Shown here: in pieces, positions 10,556-20,904 of the stretch
Layout of the letters: every line of letters begins with the position of its first letter
Numbering within the stretch: the stretch's first letter is position 1
NCBI GenBank assembly: GCA_963777315.1
Contig: CAVZQC010000004.1
Span: forward strand, 480,001-544,000
From: Vulcanimicrobiota bacterium
GTDB lineage: Bacteria > Vulcanimicrobiota > Vulcanimicrobiia > Vulcanimicrobiales > Vulcanimicrobiaceae
DNA length: 64,000 nucleotides
Direction: 5' to 3'
Made by a program: the position numbers and the translations under genes
The notes under the pieces: generated by a model
Seen by the model: only the letters and a program-made list of their open reading frames with translations
Database searches by the model: none
What the model was told of the DNA's origin: nothing

Positions 10556-10687
10556 AACGCGAGAGGGACCCCGGCGGTCCCCCAACGTCAACCTCTAAGT
10601 AGAGCCAGTTATGTTCAGAGCAGGCGGGCGCGGGACCTTTTCGCGCTAGACGGCCCCTGAAAGTGCATGGGGCCGAAGGCCGGGGGG

Positions 10688-10710
10688 CCCCGTCGGCTTT
10701 GCCGACGGGG
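10688..10710. repeat. Perfect 10-bp inverted repeat CCCCGTCGGC-ttt-GCCGACGGGG
   Basis: Read directly; no U-tract on either side. Confidence 0.7.
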
Positions 10711-10739
10711 GCGTGGAGCGCGCAGCGCGGATACGCCGG

Positions 10740-11333
10740 TTAAGGTTTTTTTGTCGGCGGGCGCCCCATGAATATCGTAGCGCCTTTCGCGCGCGGCACG
10801 ACCGTGCTGGACGGCTGCGGGCGCACGGTGAGCGCGGCCGGAAACTTCTGGGTACCGATGACTGCGGTGCATACCGTGTGCGCCATTGCGTCCAGGGCGT
10901 TGCCGTCGTCCGGGCTTGCCATCGGGCGCCGATACGAAGCAGTCAGCGCCGCGCCGTTCCATTGCGTGAACGCGACTCGCAGCAGCTCTTCGCCCTGGGG
11001 CGTCGGCAACCGGAAGGTTTGGATGCCGGCCTCGCCGGGGCACCCCGGAAACGCATCGGCGCGGATCAATTTCGCGCCCTTGTGCGAGAGCAGCGCGTTG
11101 GTCAGCACCTGAGTCGCCAAATCCTTGAGGGTGCCGGTGGAATTGGCGGTGGAGGTCGTCACATACTGTTGGCGCGGATCTTTCGGATCGACCCACACGG
11201 GTGCAGCGCTGCCGCGGCTGCGCTGCGTCCAACCGTTCGGGTGAGCTTGGTAGTGCGGCCCCGGCTGCCCTCCGCACGCGCTCAAAAGCGCGGCGCATGC
11301 AACCAGGACGCCCGTCGTCGCGTATCCTCGCAT
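10740..11333 (-). CDS. Hypothetical lipoprotein
   Basis: Signal peptide with lipobox LSAC; two further Cys residues. Confidence 0.75.
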   Translation of the reverse strand: MRGYATTGVLVACAALLSACGGQPGPHYQAHPNGWTQRSRGSAAPVWVDPKDPRQQYVTTSTANSTGTLKDLATQVLTNALLSHKGAKLIRADAFPGCPGEAGIQTFRLPTPQGEELLRVAFTQWNGAALTASYRRPMASPDDGNALDAMAHTVCTAVIGTQKFPAALTVRPQPSSTVVPRAKGATIFMGRPPTKKP

Positions 11334-11368
11334 GGTCAGCTCGTACCCAGGCGCGAAAGGCGGTAAAG

Positions 11369-12874
11369 GTGTACACCGATTGGCTGCTCATCCGGCGTCT
11401 GGCGTGGGAGCTGGACGATCGCTGCGCGGGAGCGCGCGTCCGCGACGTGGGCCAACTGCAGGACGGCAGGCTCGCCCTGGAGATTTGGTCGCGCGGGGGC
11501 CGGCAAACGGTGTGCATCGACGTGTTTGCTCCGACTCCGACGATAACGTTGCAGGCGCAGGAGCTGCCCGTCGCAGTCGAACCCGGTTTCGTGCGCGCGG
11601 CGGGCGCCGCATTGCGCGCAAGCACGCTGCTGGCGGTGCGATCGCTCGACCGCGATCGCGTCCTGCGTTTCGATTTCGGGTTGCGCTCTCGGTTCGGCGT
11701 ACCCGACGGCTATGCGTTGATCTGTGAATTGGTTCCGCGGTTCGGCAACGTCGTGCTCGTCAAACACGGCGCTCACGGCGACTCGGCCATCGTCGCGGCG
11801 GCCAAAGAGTTCGAAGCAACCGCAAGCGGCGGCCGGACGATACGCGTCGGCAGTCCGTATCAGGCGCCTCCATCGCGGCCCGGCAACATCAGTCCGCTCC
11901 TGTCCGACGGCGATGCCGCGCGGCTAGCCGGGCAGTCGCCGCAGGGAGAACTGCACGTGTATCGCCGCGACGGCGTGCTGGTGCAAGCGCACTTGACGCA
12001 GCTCCCGCAGTTCGCCGAGTTGGAGCACGAACGAAGTGCGAGCCTGCTGGACGTACTGCAAGAGGCGCGCCGCTCGGACGCGCTTGCCGCGCAAAGCGAT
12101 CGCAGCGCGAAGCGGCGGCGTTCGGTCGAACGAGCGTTAGCCCAGCGCGAGCGCAAAGCACGCGCGGAGCTCGCGCAAACGCAGGCGCGTTTACGCGATG
12201 CTGCCGGTCGCGAGTCGCTGCGCGACGAAGGCCAAGCGATCTACGCGACCTTGCACGAACTGGACGCAACCGCGCAGCGGAACGCCAAGGAGCGCGCCGG
12301 CGAGCTCTTTGCGGCCTATAAGAAAGCGGCTGCGGCCGTCGAGCACTTGGAACGGCGATGCGCTGAATTGACGGGCGCGCTCGAAGAGATCGCCAGTCTG
12401 CGATGGGAGCTCGAACGCGCGCAGGAAGCCGATTTGGACGATGTCGCTCAAGCCGTGGATCCTGCACGCAGCGGCAACGGCGCACGGCGGGTCAAGACGC
12501 GCAAGCGCTCGCCTTTGGTATACCGCACCGGTGCGGGATCGCGCATTTACGTCGGGCGCACGCCGATCGAAAATGTGGACTTGACGTTTCGCTTGGCTCG
12601 CCCGGACGATCTGTGGTTTCACGTGCAGAATCAGCCGGGCGCGCACGTCATTCTGCAGCGTGACGACAAGACGCCGGCGCCGCAGAACGACGTCTTGGCC
12701 GCTGCCGCGCTGGCTGCCGCTCATTCGCAAGCCAAGAGCAGCCCAAAGGTGAGCGTCGACTACACCTTGCGTAAGCACGTGAGAAAGCGCCCTGCGGCCG
12801 CGCCGGGTTTGGTTTTTTACACGCACCCCAAAACGGTTCAGGTCGCGCCGGGATCGCCGCCCGATTCGGGCTAG
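11369..12874 (+). CDS. rqcH: Rqc2/RqcH (NFACT family) ribosome quality-control protein
   Basis: NFACT-N (DRVLRF, ELVPRFGNVVL), coiled coil, NFACT-R (IYVGR...N..LT, DLWFHV..PGAHV, VDYT..KHVRK); GTG start. Confidence 0.88.
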   Translation: MYTDWLLIRRLAWELDDRCAGARVRDVGQLQDGRLALEIWSRGGRQTVCIDVFAPTPTITLQAQELPVAVEPGFVRAAGAALRASTLLAVRSLDRDRVLRFDFGLRSRFGVPDGYALICELVPRFGNVVLVKHGAHGDSAIVAAAKEFEATASGGRTIRVGSPYQAPPSRPGNISPLLSDGDAARLAGQSPQGELHVYRRDGVLVQAHLTQLPQFAELEHERSASLLDVLQEARRSDALAAQSDRSAKRRRSVERALAQRERKARAELAQTQARLRDAAGRESLRDEGQAIYATLHELDATAQRNAKERAGELFAAYKKAAAAVEHLERRCAELTGALEEIASLRWELERAQEADLDDVAQAVDPARSGNGARRVKTRKRSPLVYRTGAGSRIYVGRTPIENVDLTFRLARPDDLWFHVQNQPGAHVILQRDDKTPAPQNDVLAAAALAAAHSQAKSSPKVSVDYTLRKHVRKRPAAAPGLVFYTHPKTVQVAPGSPPDSG

Positions 12875-12887
12875 ATGGTGCGCGCGC

Positions 12888-13475
12888 TTACGGCAGTCGC
12901 GATTCGCACGCCTGCCAGTTCAGATTGGCATAGAACGCTTCGATATATTTGCCGCGTTCGGACGGCTTATAGTCTTTGATGAACGCGTGCTCCCAGCAGT
13001 CCATCACGACGATGGGAATGAAACCCGCGAGATTTCCGTTTTGGTGCTGCTCGACCCAGTGGTTGCCGATTTGCTGCGCAGCCGGATCGTAGAACGCGAT
13101 CGCCCAGCCCACACCGCGCATGCCGCCCACGGCAAAGAAATCTTTCTTCCACGTTTCGAAATCGCCGTAGCTCGAGCCGAGCATCTGCTGCAGCCGTCCG
13201 GATTTGAGCTCGCCCGCATTCTTCGTGAGATTATCGAAATAGTATTCGTGCAGCCGCATGCCGTTGAACTCCCAGCCCATGCGGCGCACCAGTTCGGCGA
13301 ACCTGGGGTTCGAGCCGGCCGCTTCGCCTTTTTGGCGCGCCTCGGCAGTCAGCTCGATCAGGGTATTCGTGTTTTTGACGTACCCTTCATAGAGGCCGAA
13401 ATGCATCTCGAGCGTTGCGTCGGAAATGCCCTGCAAGCCTGAAAGATCCCACTTTTTGGGCGTATACGTCTTCAT
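12888..13475 (-). CDS. Fe/Mn superoxide dismutase family protein
   Basis: GISDATLEMH, LHEYYF, GVGWA, DCWEHAF metal-ligand motifs. Confidence 0.9.
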   Translation of the reverse strand: MKTYTPKKWDLSGLQGISDATLEMHFGLYEGYVKNTNTLIELTAEARQKGEAAGSNPRFAELVRRMGWEFNGMRLHEYYFDNLTKNAGELKSGRLQQMLGSSYGDFETWKKDFFAVGGMRGVGWAIAFYDPAAQQIGNHWVEQHQNGNLAGFIPIVVMDCWEHAFIKDYKPSERGKYIEAFYANLNWQACESRLP

Positions 13476-13602
13476 GAAAAAATCTGCACCTCGCTAAACG
13501 AAAAGGATGTGTGCTCCGGGCCGGCAGCCGCCGCAACTTGGAGGACCGCAGCTTCGTGCGCGGCGCCGACGTCCCTTGCGCCGACGGCAGCAAGCAGGCC
13601 TC

Positions 13603-14560
13603 TCACGTCGTGAGAACTATTTTTCCGATGTGCTCGGACGCGTCCAAGCGCCGGTGTGCCGCGGGCGCTTGTTCCAAAACGTACGTAGAGTCTATCACCG
13701 GGCGGATCGGATCGCGCGCGGGCAGCAGCGGCCACACGCGTTCGCGCAAACGCTGCGCAATTTCCGCCTTCTGCCCGTCGCTTCGCGCGCGCAGCGACGA
13801 ACCCATGATCGCGGCGCGCCGCTGCATGAGTTCGCCCAGGTTCACCTCGGCCGTGCGTCCACGCGGCGTCGCAATGCACACTATGCGGCCGTCGGGAGCC
13901 AGAGCGGCCAGATCGCGGCCGATATAGTCGCCGCCGACCATATCCAGAATGACGTCGACTCCTCGACCCGCGGTGGCCTTCTTCACCTCCGCGGAAAAGT
14001 CGGAAACGCTATAGTCGATGGCCAGGTCTGCGCCCAGTTCCCGGCAAGCACTGCATTTACGCTCGCTTCCGGCCGTTACCGCGATGAAGCTCGCGCCGAA
14101 GGCGCGCGCGAATCCGATCGCCGTCGTGCCGATGCCGCTGCTTCCGCCATGAATGAGAATGCTCTCTGCGGGCTGCAGGCGCGCGCGCGTAAACACGTTG
14201 TCGTATACCGTGAAGGCGTTTTCCGGCAGAGCGGCCGCTTCTGCGTCAGCTCCAATTATCGGGAATCGGCAGTACCTGTCCGCGCGCAGCCACCGCGTAT
14301 TCCGCGTAGCCACCGCCGCGTAAGAGCGCGCAAACGCGCTCGCCCGTCGACTCGACATTGCCGGCGACTTCCAGTCCCGGTACGTCCGAAGCACCCGCAG
14401 GCGGCGGGTACTTTCCTTGACGCTGCATCGAATCGGCGCGCGATACGCCCGCGGCCTTGACGGCGATGAGTATCTCGCCTGCGCCGGGGACGGGTTTTGC
14501 GCGCTGCACGACGCGCAGCACCTCCGGTCCGCCCGGCGCAGAAATTTCGACGACGCGCAT
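13603..14560 (-). CDS. NAD(P)H-quinone oxidoreductase (zeta-crystallin/PIG3 type); +1 frameshift near 14247, probably a sequencing error
   Basis: Two ORFs join into one MDR protein (GGPEVL, QRQGKYPPP, ILIHGGSSGIGT, HIGKIVL); removing 1 nt gives WSYAEAAALPE. Confidence 0.88.
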
Positions 14561-15655
14561 CTACGGTTCGACGTACATGGCGTCGCCGAACGAGAAAAAG
14601 CGGTATCGCTGCTGCACCGCCTGCGCGTATGCGTTCAGGATCGTTTCGCGGCCCGCAAACGCGCTTACGAGAACGAGCAGCGTCGAACGCGGCAAATGGA
14701 AATTGGTGAGCAGCGCATCGACCATGCGAAACTGGAATCCCGGCCTAATGAAGAGATCCGTGCGGTCGGAACCGGCTCTAACCGCGCCGTGCCGTGCTGC
14801 CGATCCTTCGAGCGCGCGCACCACCGTCGTCCCGGCTGCGATGACGCGCCTGCCTTGCGCTTTGGCGCGCGCGATCGCTTCGACCGTTTCGTCCGGGATC
14901 GAAAACGTTTCACCGTGCATGACGTGCTCTTCCACGCGCTCGCGCTGCATCGGACGAAACGTTCCCAAACCTACGTCAAGCACCAGTTTGACTATTTCGA
15001 CTCCGCGCGCTCGAACGCCGTCCAAGACGGCCTGCGTGAAATGGAGCGACGCGGTCGGCGCCGCAACGCTTCCGGGTTCGCGCCCGAAGATCGTTTGATA
15101 CCGTTCCTGCGCCTGCGGAGTTGCATTGCGGATGTAGGGCGGCAAAGGCATCGTCCCGGCGCGCGCGAGGAATTCCTCGAACGGCTCGTTCAGTGAAAAC
15201 TCCACTTCGCGCACGCCGTCGGGTTCGACGCGCACGACCGTGGCGAACCCCAGCGAGCCGAACGCGACGCGAACGCCTTCGCCCAGCCGGCGTGCGGGCT
15301 TTGCCAGAACGTGCCAGTGCGTGGCGGCCGGATCGTAGCGCGGACGGTCGGAGGGTCCGAGCAGCAGCATTTCCACACGCGAGCCGTTTTCGCCGGGGAC
15401 GTCCGTTCGGACGAGCCGTCCGAACAAGCGCGCTGCGATGACGCGCGTTTCGTTGAGGACCAGAACGTCGCCGGCGCGCAAGTGCTGCGGCAGCTCGCCG
15501 AACGTGCCGTGTTCGATCGCGCCGCGCCGCAGCACCATGAGTCTGGATGCATCGCGGGGCGTTGCGGGCTGCTGCGCGATCAAGTCCTGGGGAAGATCGA
15601 ACGCGTAGGACGCGGTTAGCCCGGCGTCGGCAATTGCAGCGACTGCGTCAATCAC
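14561..15655 (-). CDS. queA: S-adenosylmethionine:tRNA ribosyltransferase-isomerase
   Basis: LPQDLIAQ, NETRVIAARL, PLPPYI, GSVAAPTASLHF, TNFHLPRST, YRFFSFGDAM. Confidence 0.96.
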   Translation of the reverse strand: MIDAVAAIADAGLTASYAFDLPQDLIAQQPATPRDASRLMVLRRGAIEHGTFGELPQHLRAGDVLVLNETRVIAARLFGRLVRTDVPGENGSRVEMLLLGPSDRPRYDPAATHWHVLAKPARRLGEGVRVAFGSLGFATVVRVEPDGVREVEFSLNEPFEEFLARAGTMPLPPYIRNATPQAQERYQTIFGREPGSVAAPTASLHFTQAVLDGVRARGVEIVKLVLDVGLGTFRPMQRERVEEHVMHGETFSIPDETVEAIARAKAQGRRVIAAGTTVVRALEGSAARHGAVRAGSDRTDLFIRPGFQFRMVDALLTNFHLPRSTLLVLVSAFAGRETILNAYAQAVQQRYRFFSFGDAMYVEP

Positions 15656-16634
15656 TTCCGATCTGCGTCCCCGGAAAATAGAACGAAAGGATGTCGGCTG
15701 CGCGTGCGCCCGCCGCCGCCATGCCGCGTGCTCCCCACTGGCAGAGCCCAACTCCGTGTCCCAGCCCGGCGCCTTGTACGATCAGTTCCGGCTGGGGCTG
15801 CGCGCTGCGCGCAAACTGCGTGCGGCGAACCAGCAGACTCGGCAGCGTGCGCGCCCCGATCGCGCGCCGCAGGTCGGCGGCTTTGACGCGCCGGGCTCCG
15901 CCACTTCCCTCGAAAGTCCAAAACTGCGCGCGCCCGCTGGGATCGGGTGGATCGGGCGTGACGTCCTGCAGATCGCCCAGCTGCGAAAACTGCTCGGCCA
16001 GCGCGTCGCGCAGTTTCTGCACCGAAATGCTCTGCGTCCATTCATACCACGGAGAATCCTTGCAGAACGTGCACCGGATCCCGCACAGATACGGCAACGG
16101 CGCGCCTCCCCACGCCTGCGAGGACGCTTCCGTGTGACCGCCGCAGCACGAAGAGTAGACGGTTTGAGCGAACCCGCGCGCGAAGCGCAGCACGCGTCCC
16201 GAGGTCGCGTCGACCGCGGCGCTCGTTTCCGCGTGCTCTGCATCCATGCCGGTGTACATCTGGTCCGCTTGCGAGGGCACGAGATCGTAATCATGCGTAG
16301 GCCTGCTATGCTCGAGCACGTACGTTCGCGCGACGATTGCCTGCGTCTGCAACGCAGCCGACGGCCACGAGCGCGGCATTTCGCGCGAAACCACGCTGTA
16401 GAGGTACTGCTCGAGCGGCACGGTGTTTACGACCTGGCCGGTTGCGGTGTACGAGAACGTTCCGCGATAGCTGCGGCCCTGGAATTCGAAGGACTGTGCG
16501 TCGATTCGGCGCGCGGCGCCTGTGCCCAGCAAAACGCGCAGCGACTGCGCGCCGGCGCCCGCGGCCGGATCGGAAACATCGTCCGTTCGAACGGCGAGCG
16601 CAAGGGTCAGCGCTAAAAACTCAGAGCGCAGCAC
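15648..16634 (-). CDS. SpoIID/LytB-domain lytic transglycosylase
   Basis: VNTVPLEQYLYSVVSREMP, QAIVARTY, DQMYTG, GLGHGVGLCQWGA, ILSFYFPG. Confidence 0.9.
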   Translation of the reverse strand: MLRSEFLALTLALAVRTDDVSDPAAGAGAQSLRVLLGTGAARRIDAQSFEFQGRSYRGTFSYTATGQVVNTVPLEQYLYSVVSREMPRSWPSAALQTQAIVARTYVLEHSRPTHDYDLVPSQADQMYTGMDAEHAETSAAVDATSGRVLRFARGFAQTVYSSCCGGHTEASSQAWGGAPLPYLCGIRCTFCKDSPWYEWTQSISVQKLRDALAEQFSQLGDLQDVTPDPPDPSGRAQFWTFEGSGGARRVKAADLRRAIGARTLPSLLVRRTQFARSAQPQPELIVQGAGLGHGVGLCQWGARGMAAAGARAADILSFYFPGTQIGSD

Positions 16635-16637
16635 GAT

Positions 16638-17714
16638 TCAAATGAGCCGCTCCTGCGCCGGAGCTGCAAAGCCTGCCGCGCCCATGTGAGCGTACGCCTC
16701 GGCGGTTGCTCTGCGGCCGCTGGCGGTGCGCACGACGAATCCGCGCTTGAGCAAGTACGGCTCGACGACGTCTTCGAGCGTTTCGGCATCTTCGGTCAAC
16801 GTCGCCGCGATCGCCGCGATGCCGGCCGGGCCGCCGCGGTACTGCTCGATGATCGTGCGCAAAAATGCGCGATCCAACCGGTCGAGTCCGAGTTCGTCCA
16901 CGCCTTCGCGCCGCAGCGCTTCGTCGGCGACTTCCTTGGTGATGCGGCCTTGCGCGCGCACTTCGGCATAGTCGCGAACGCGCCGCAGCAGGCGATTGGC
17001 GATGCGCGGCGTTCCGCGGCTGCGCGCGGCGATCGTCGACGCGCCGGCGCCGTCTATCGGTACGGAGAGCACGCTCGAAGAACGCAGCACTATGCGCTCG
17101 AGTTCGGGCTGGTCGTAGTAGTCCAGATGATGCATGATGCCGAAGCGTTCGCGCAGCGGCGCCGACAGCATGCCCGCGCGCGTGGTCGCGCCCACGAGCG
17201 TGAACCGTTTGAGCGGTAATTTGATCGTCTTTGCGTATGCGCCCTTGTCGACGATGAAGTCGATCTGATACTCTTCCATCGCCGGATAGAGAAACTCTTC
17301 GACGACCCGTCCGAGGCGATGGATCTCGTCGATGAACAAAACGTCGCCCTCTTCGAGCGACGTCAGAATGCCCACCAAATCCTTGGCCTTTTCGAGCGTC
17401 GGCCCGCTGGTCGGGCGAAGCGACTGGCCCAGCTCTTTGGCGATCAGCGCGGCCAGCGTCGTTTTACCAAGGCCGGGCGGCCCGTAAAACAAAACGTGTT
17501 CGAGCGTTTCGCCGCGCCGTTTCGCCGCGTCCAGCGCGATCTTCAGGTTTTCAACGACGGTCGTCTGCCCGACGTATTCGTCGAACGAACGCGGACGCAG
17601 ACTCGCGCCGTAGATCTCGTCTTCCAGCGTGTCGTCGGCGGACACCAGTCTATCGACCGCGTCGATGCCCGCATCTTGCGGTCCGTACAGCCGCCGGCGC
17701 GCGTCGTCGCTCAC
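16638..17714 (-). CDS. ruvB: Holliday junction helicase RuvB
   Basis: [44 protein letters not shown]. Confidence 0.98.
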   Translation of the reverse strand: MSDDARRRLYGPQDAGIDAVDRLVSADDTLEDEIYGASLRPRSFDEYVGQTTVVENLKIALDAAKRRGETLEHVLFYGPPGLGKTTLAALIAKELGQSLRPTSGPTLEKAKDLVGILTSLEEGDVLFIDEIHRLGRVVEEFLYPAMEEYQIDFIVDKGAYAKTIKLPLKRFTLVGATTRAGMLSAPLRERFGIMHHLDYYDQPELERIVLRSSSVLSVPIDGAGASTIAARSRGTPRIANRLLRRVRDYAEVRAQGRITKEVADEALRREGVDELGLDRLDRAFLRTIIEQYRGGPAGIAAIAATLTEDAETLEDVVEPYLLKRGFVVRTASGRRATAEAYAHMGAAGFAAPAQERLI

Positions 17715-18352
17715 GAACGAGCCCTTTCGCGCGGTTCGAGCGACGCCCTAAGCCGGTAGATGTGTGCGAGCAGCACCTCGGCATCCGTGACGTCCGGCGC
17801 TTGCTCCAACGTGGAACGGATCATGTCTTCGGCTTCGGCGCGCTTGTATTCCAGCTGCAGCAGCACGGCCAATGCTTCTGCGGCGAAATCCGGAATGCCG
17901 CTCGGCGGCGCGGGCTGCGCCTGCTGGATCAGCAAGAACTTCGTCACCTTCCCCTGCAGTTTGGCGACGATGTCGCGGGCCTTCTGCTGCCCGATGCCCG
18001 GAAGGGTTTTAAGGAATCCGTGATCGCCGCGATCGATGGCGCCGGCAATACGCGCCATCGGTTGCGAAAAGGCGCGAGCGGCCGAACGGGGACCGATGCT
18101 CGCCACGCTGATCAACGCTTGAAAAAACTCGCGTTCCACGGCATTGCCGAAGCCGAAAAACGTGTAGTGTCCGGTATTGCCGTCGATGTTGAGAACGCAG
18201 TAGATTTCGAGCGTGACGTCTTCGCCTTCGCGCGCCGTAATTTTTCCGGCAACGCACGGAGGCAAAACCACCTCGTACGAGAGCCCCTGCACGTCGAGCA
18301 CGACGCCGTCCTTCGTGCGCTCGACGAGCGTACCGCGGATGCGCGAGAACAC
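17711..18352 (-). CDS. ruvA: Holliday junction protein RuvA
   Basis: FSRIRGTL, HhH motifs ([18 protein letters not shown]); between ruvC and ruvB. Confidence 0.92.
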   Translation of the reverse strand: MFSRIRGTLVERTKDGVVLDVQGLSYEVVLPPCVAGKITAREGEDVTLEIYCVLNIDGNTGHYTFFGFGNAVEREFFQALISVASIGPRSAARAFSQPMARIAGAIDRGDHGFLKTLPGIGQQKARDIVAKLQGKVTKFLLIQQAQPAPPSGIPDFAAEALAVLLQLEYKRAEAEDMIRSTLEQAPDVTDAEVLLAHIYRLRASLEPRERARS

Positions 18353-18834
18353 TAATGCTGCATCCGGTTGTGAAATGCCAGCGCCAGTGCCAACGCGTCC
18401 GACACGTCGTTGGGTCGCGGCCGCCGGGAAAGTGCCAGCAACTGCGCGACCATCTTGCCGACTTGATCCTTGCCCGCCGCGCCCGAACCCGTGAGCGCGC
18501 GTTTGACGAGCGAATGCGCCAGCGTGCGCACCGGCACGTCGTGCTGCGCTCCGGCGAGGCATAAAACGCCGCGCGCGTGACCCATCATGATCGCGGTCAA
18601 AGGATTCTTGTACGTCGTATACAGCTCTTCGATGACGATGACGTTCGGACGGGTCGACGCAACGACCGCGCACACGCCGGCGTGCAGCTGGCAAAGCCGC
18701 TGCTCCAGCGATGCGCGGGCGTTCGGACAAACGATTCCGGCTTCGACCAGCCGCGCGCGCCCGTTGACGAATTCGACCGCTCCGTAGCCCGTCGTCCGAA
18801 GGCCCGGATCGATGCCCAGCACGCGTTCGGTCAC
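18352..18834 (-). CDS. ruvC: Crossover junction endodeoxyribonuclease RuvC
   Basis: VLGIDPG, ARGV, VKRALTGSG.A.KDQV, DVSDALALA. Confidence 0.96.
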   Translation of the reverse strand: MTERVLGIDPGLRTTGYGAVEFVNGRARLVEAGIVCPNARASLEQRLCQLHAGVCAVVASTRPNVIVIEELYTTYKNPLTAIMMGHARGVLCLAGAQHDVPVRTLAHSLVKRALTGSGAAGKDQVGKMVAQLLALSRRPRPNDVSDALALALAFHNRMQH

Positions 18835-20904
18835 GGTTGCTGCGGCTGCGCGCTCGCGCTGTTGACGTAGATGTTGACCGGCGTTCCGGGATTGGCTTGC
18901 GTGCCCGCTTCAGGTTCGGTTCGCACGACCTTTCCATCGAATCCTTCGGTCGTCGGCGTCACGTTGCCGAGTTGGTACCCGAAGTTGAGCAGCGTCTTCT
19001 TCGCGTCGTCGAGCGTCATGCCGCCGGTGTCCGGAACGTAGCCGGTGACGGAAATCCAGAGCTGGATTTGCGATCCCTTTTCGGCCGTCGTTCCGCCCTG
19101 CGGCTGCTCGTTGACGATCGTGCCGTTGTCCGGGCCGGGCGGGTTTTGCGCGTACGTCACGCCGACGTGAAAGCCCGCTGCCGTCAGCGCCTGCTGCCCG
19201 CTCACGAAATCTTGTCCGCGCACGTCGGGGACTTGGCCCAAACCGCCGCCTTTGCTCACGACGACGTAGATCGTGCCTCCCGCGTCGATGGTCTTGCCCG
19301 GTGCAACGTTCTGCGATGCAATGACGTTCGCGGGCACGTTCCCGATCGGCGCTTCTTCACTCACGTTCACGGTGAACCCGAGCTTGGCTGCGAGTGCTTG
19401 CGCTTGATCCAGCGTCTTGCCGGCTAGGTTGGGAACTTTTATCGGTGCGGGACCGTCGGACACCAGCAAAGTCACCGTGGATCCCAGGCGCAACTTGCTG
19501 CCGGGCGCGGGCGTTTCGCTCAGCACCGTGTCTTTCGCCGACGCATCGTACTTGCGATCGATCTTGACTTGCAAACCGTCCGATAGCAGATCCTTTTGCG
19601 CGTCGGCGCGCATGTATCCCGTTACGTCGCGCAGACCGATCGTCGGTTTGCCGCTGCTGACCACCAGTCTGTATCGTCGTTTCCCGGTTGACGGGCGTAT
19701 TGGGCGGCGGATCCTGACTGACGACGTGGTTGGCCGGGATCGAATCGCTGGTTACGCGCGTGATTTTATATGAAAGACCGGCGTTGACTATAGCCTGCTG
19801 GGCTCGAGCGTCGCTCATGCGCACGTAGTTGCCCGTTGTGATTTTAGGTGCCGGGGCAAGCGGCCGCGTCGCAAAATATCCCGCAGCTGCGGCGATCGCG
19901 AGCGCAACGAGCAGCAGGACCGCCAGCGTGCCCCACCAATTGCGGCGCGGCGCCGGCTCCACTTGCGTTTCAACGCGTCGATCGGGAAGCGGCGAGGGCC
20001 TGGGCGGCGGCTGCGGCACGATCGCAACGGCCTGCGTAGCCGAGTCGTCGCGCGCCGGGAACGCGGCAACGCTTGGACGCTCGCGCGCTTCCCGGAGCGC
20101 CGACGCAACTTCGCTTGCGGACGAAAACCGGTTTCCCGGCTGTTTTTGCAGCAGTTTGTTGACGATGGCCGCGAGCGCCGGGCTTACGCCGGTCTGGGCG
20201 GGATCGATGGCCGGCACCGGCTCGGACACGTGCTTGAGGGCGACGGTTACGGGCGAAGCTCCGGTGTACGGCAACGCGCCCGCGAGCATTTGATACAGCA
20301 CGACACCCACGCTGTACAGATCCGAAGTCTCGTGCAGCTCGAGCCCTTGCGCCTGCTCGGGCGAAAGATAGTACACGCTTCCCATAACCAGACCCGGACG
20401 CGTCATAGCCATCGTCTGTTGCGACATTGCGCGCGCGATACCGAAGTCGGAGAGCTTGACGACGTCGTCTTTGGTCAGCAGAATGTTGGCCGGCTTGATG
20501 TCGCGGTGGAGCAGGCCTTGACGATGCGCATAGGCCAGCCCGTTGCAAATCTGCGCGGCGTAATCGATCGCCACGGGTTCGGGCAGTTTTCCGTCCGCGG
20601 CGATGATTTCGGCCAGCGAAGGCCCGTCGACCAGTTCCATCACGATGTAATACGTGTCGCCTTCTCGTCCGACGTCGTACGTGTTGACGATGTTCGGATG
20701 CGAAAGGCGCGCCGCCGATTCGGCTTCCTGGTAAAACCGGCGCACGAACTCTTCATCGCCGGCATACTGTTCGCGCAGCACTTTGACGGCGACGCGGCGG
20801 CGCAGCAGCGTGTCCGTGCCGCAATACACCGTTGCCATTCCGCCTTCACCCAGCTTGGTATCCAGCCGGTAGCGGTTATTGAAGATGTGCTGCTCTTCGA
20901 TCAC
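18831..20904 (-). CDS. pknB: PASTA-domain Ser/Thr kinase (PknB/PrkC type); +1 frameshift at ~19668, probably a sequencing error
   Basis: LGEGGMATVY, HRDIKPAN, DFGIA, TM helix, about four PASTA repeats; removing 1 nt gives TTIQLVVSSGKP. Confidence 0.9.
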
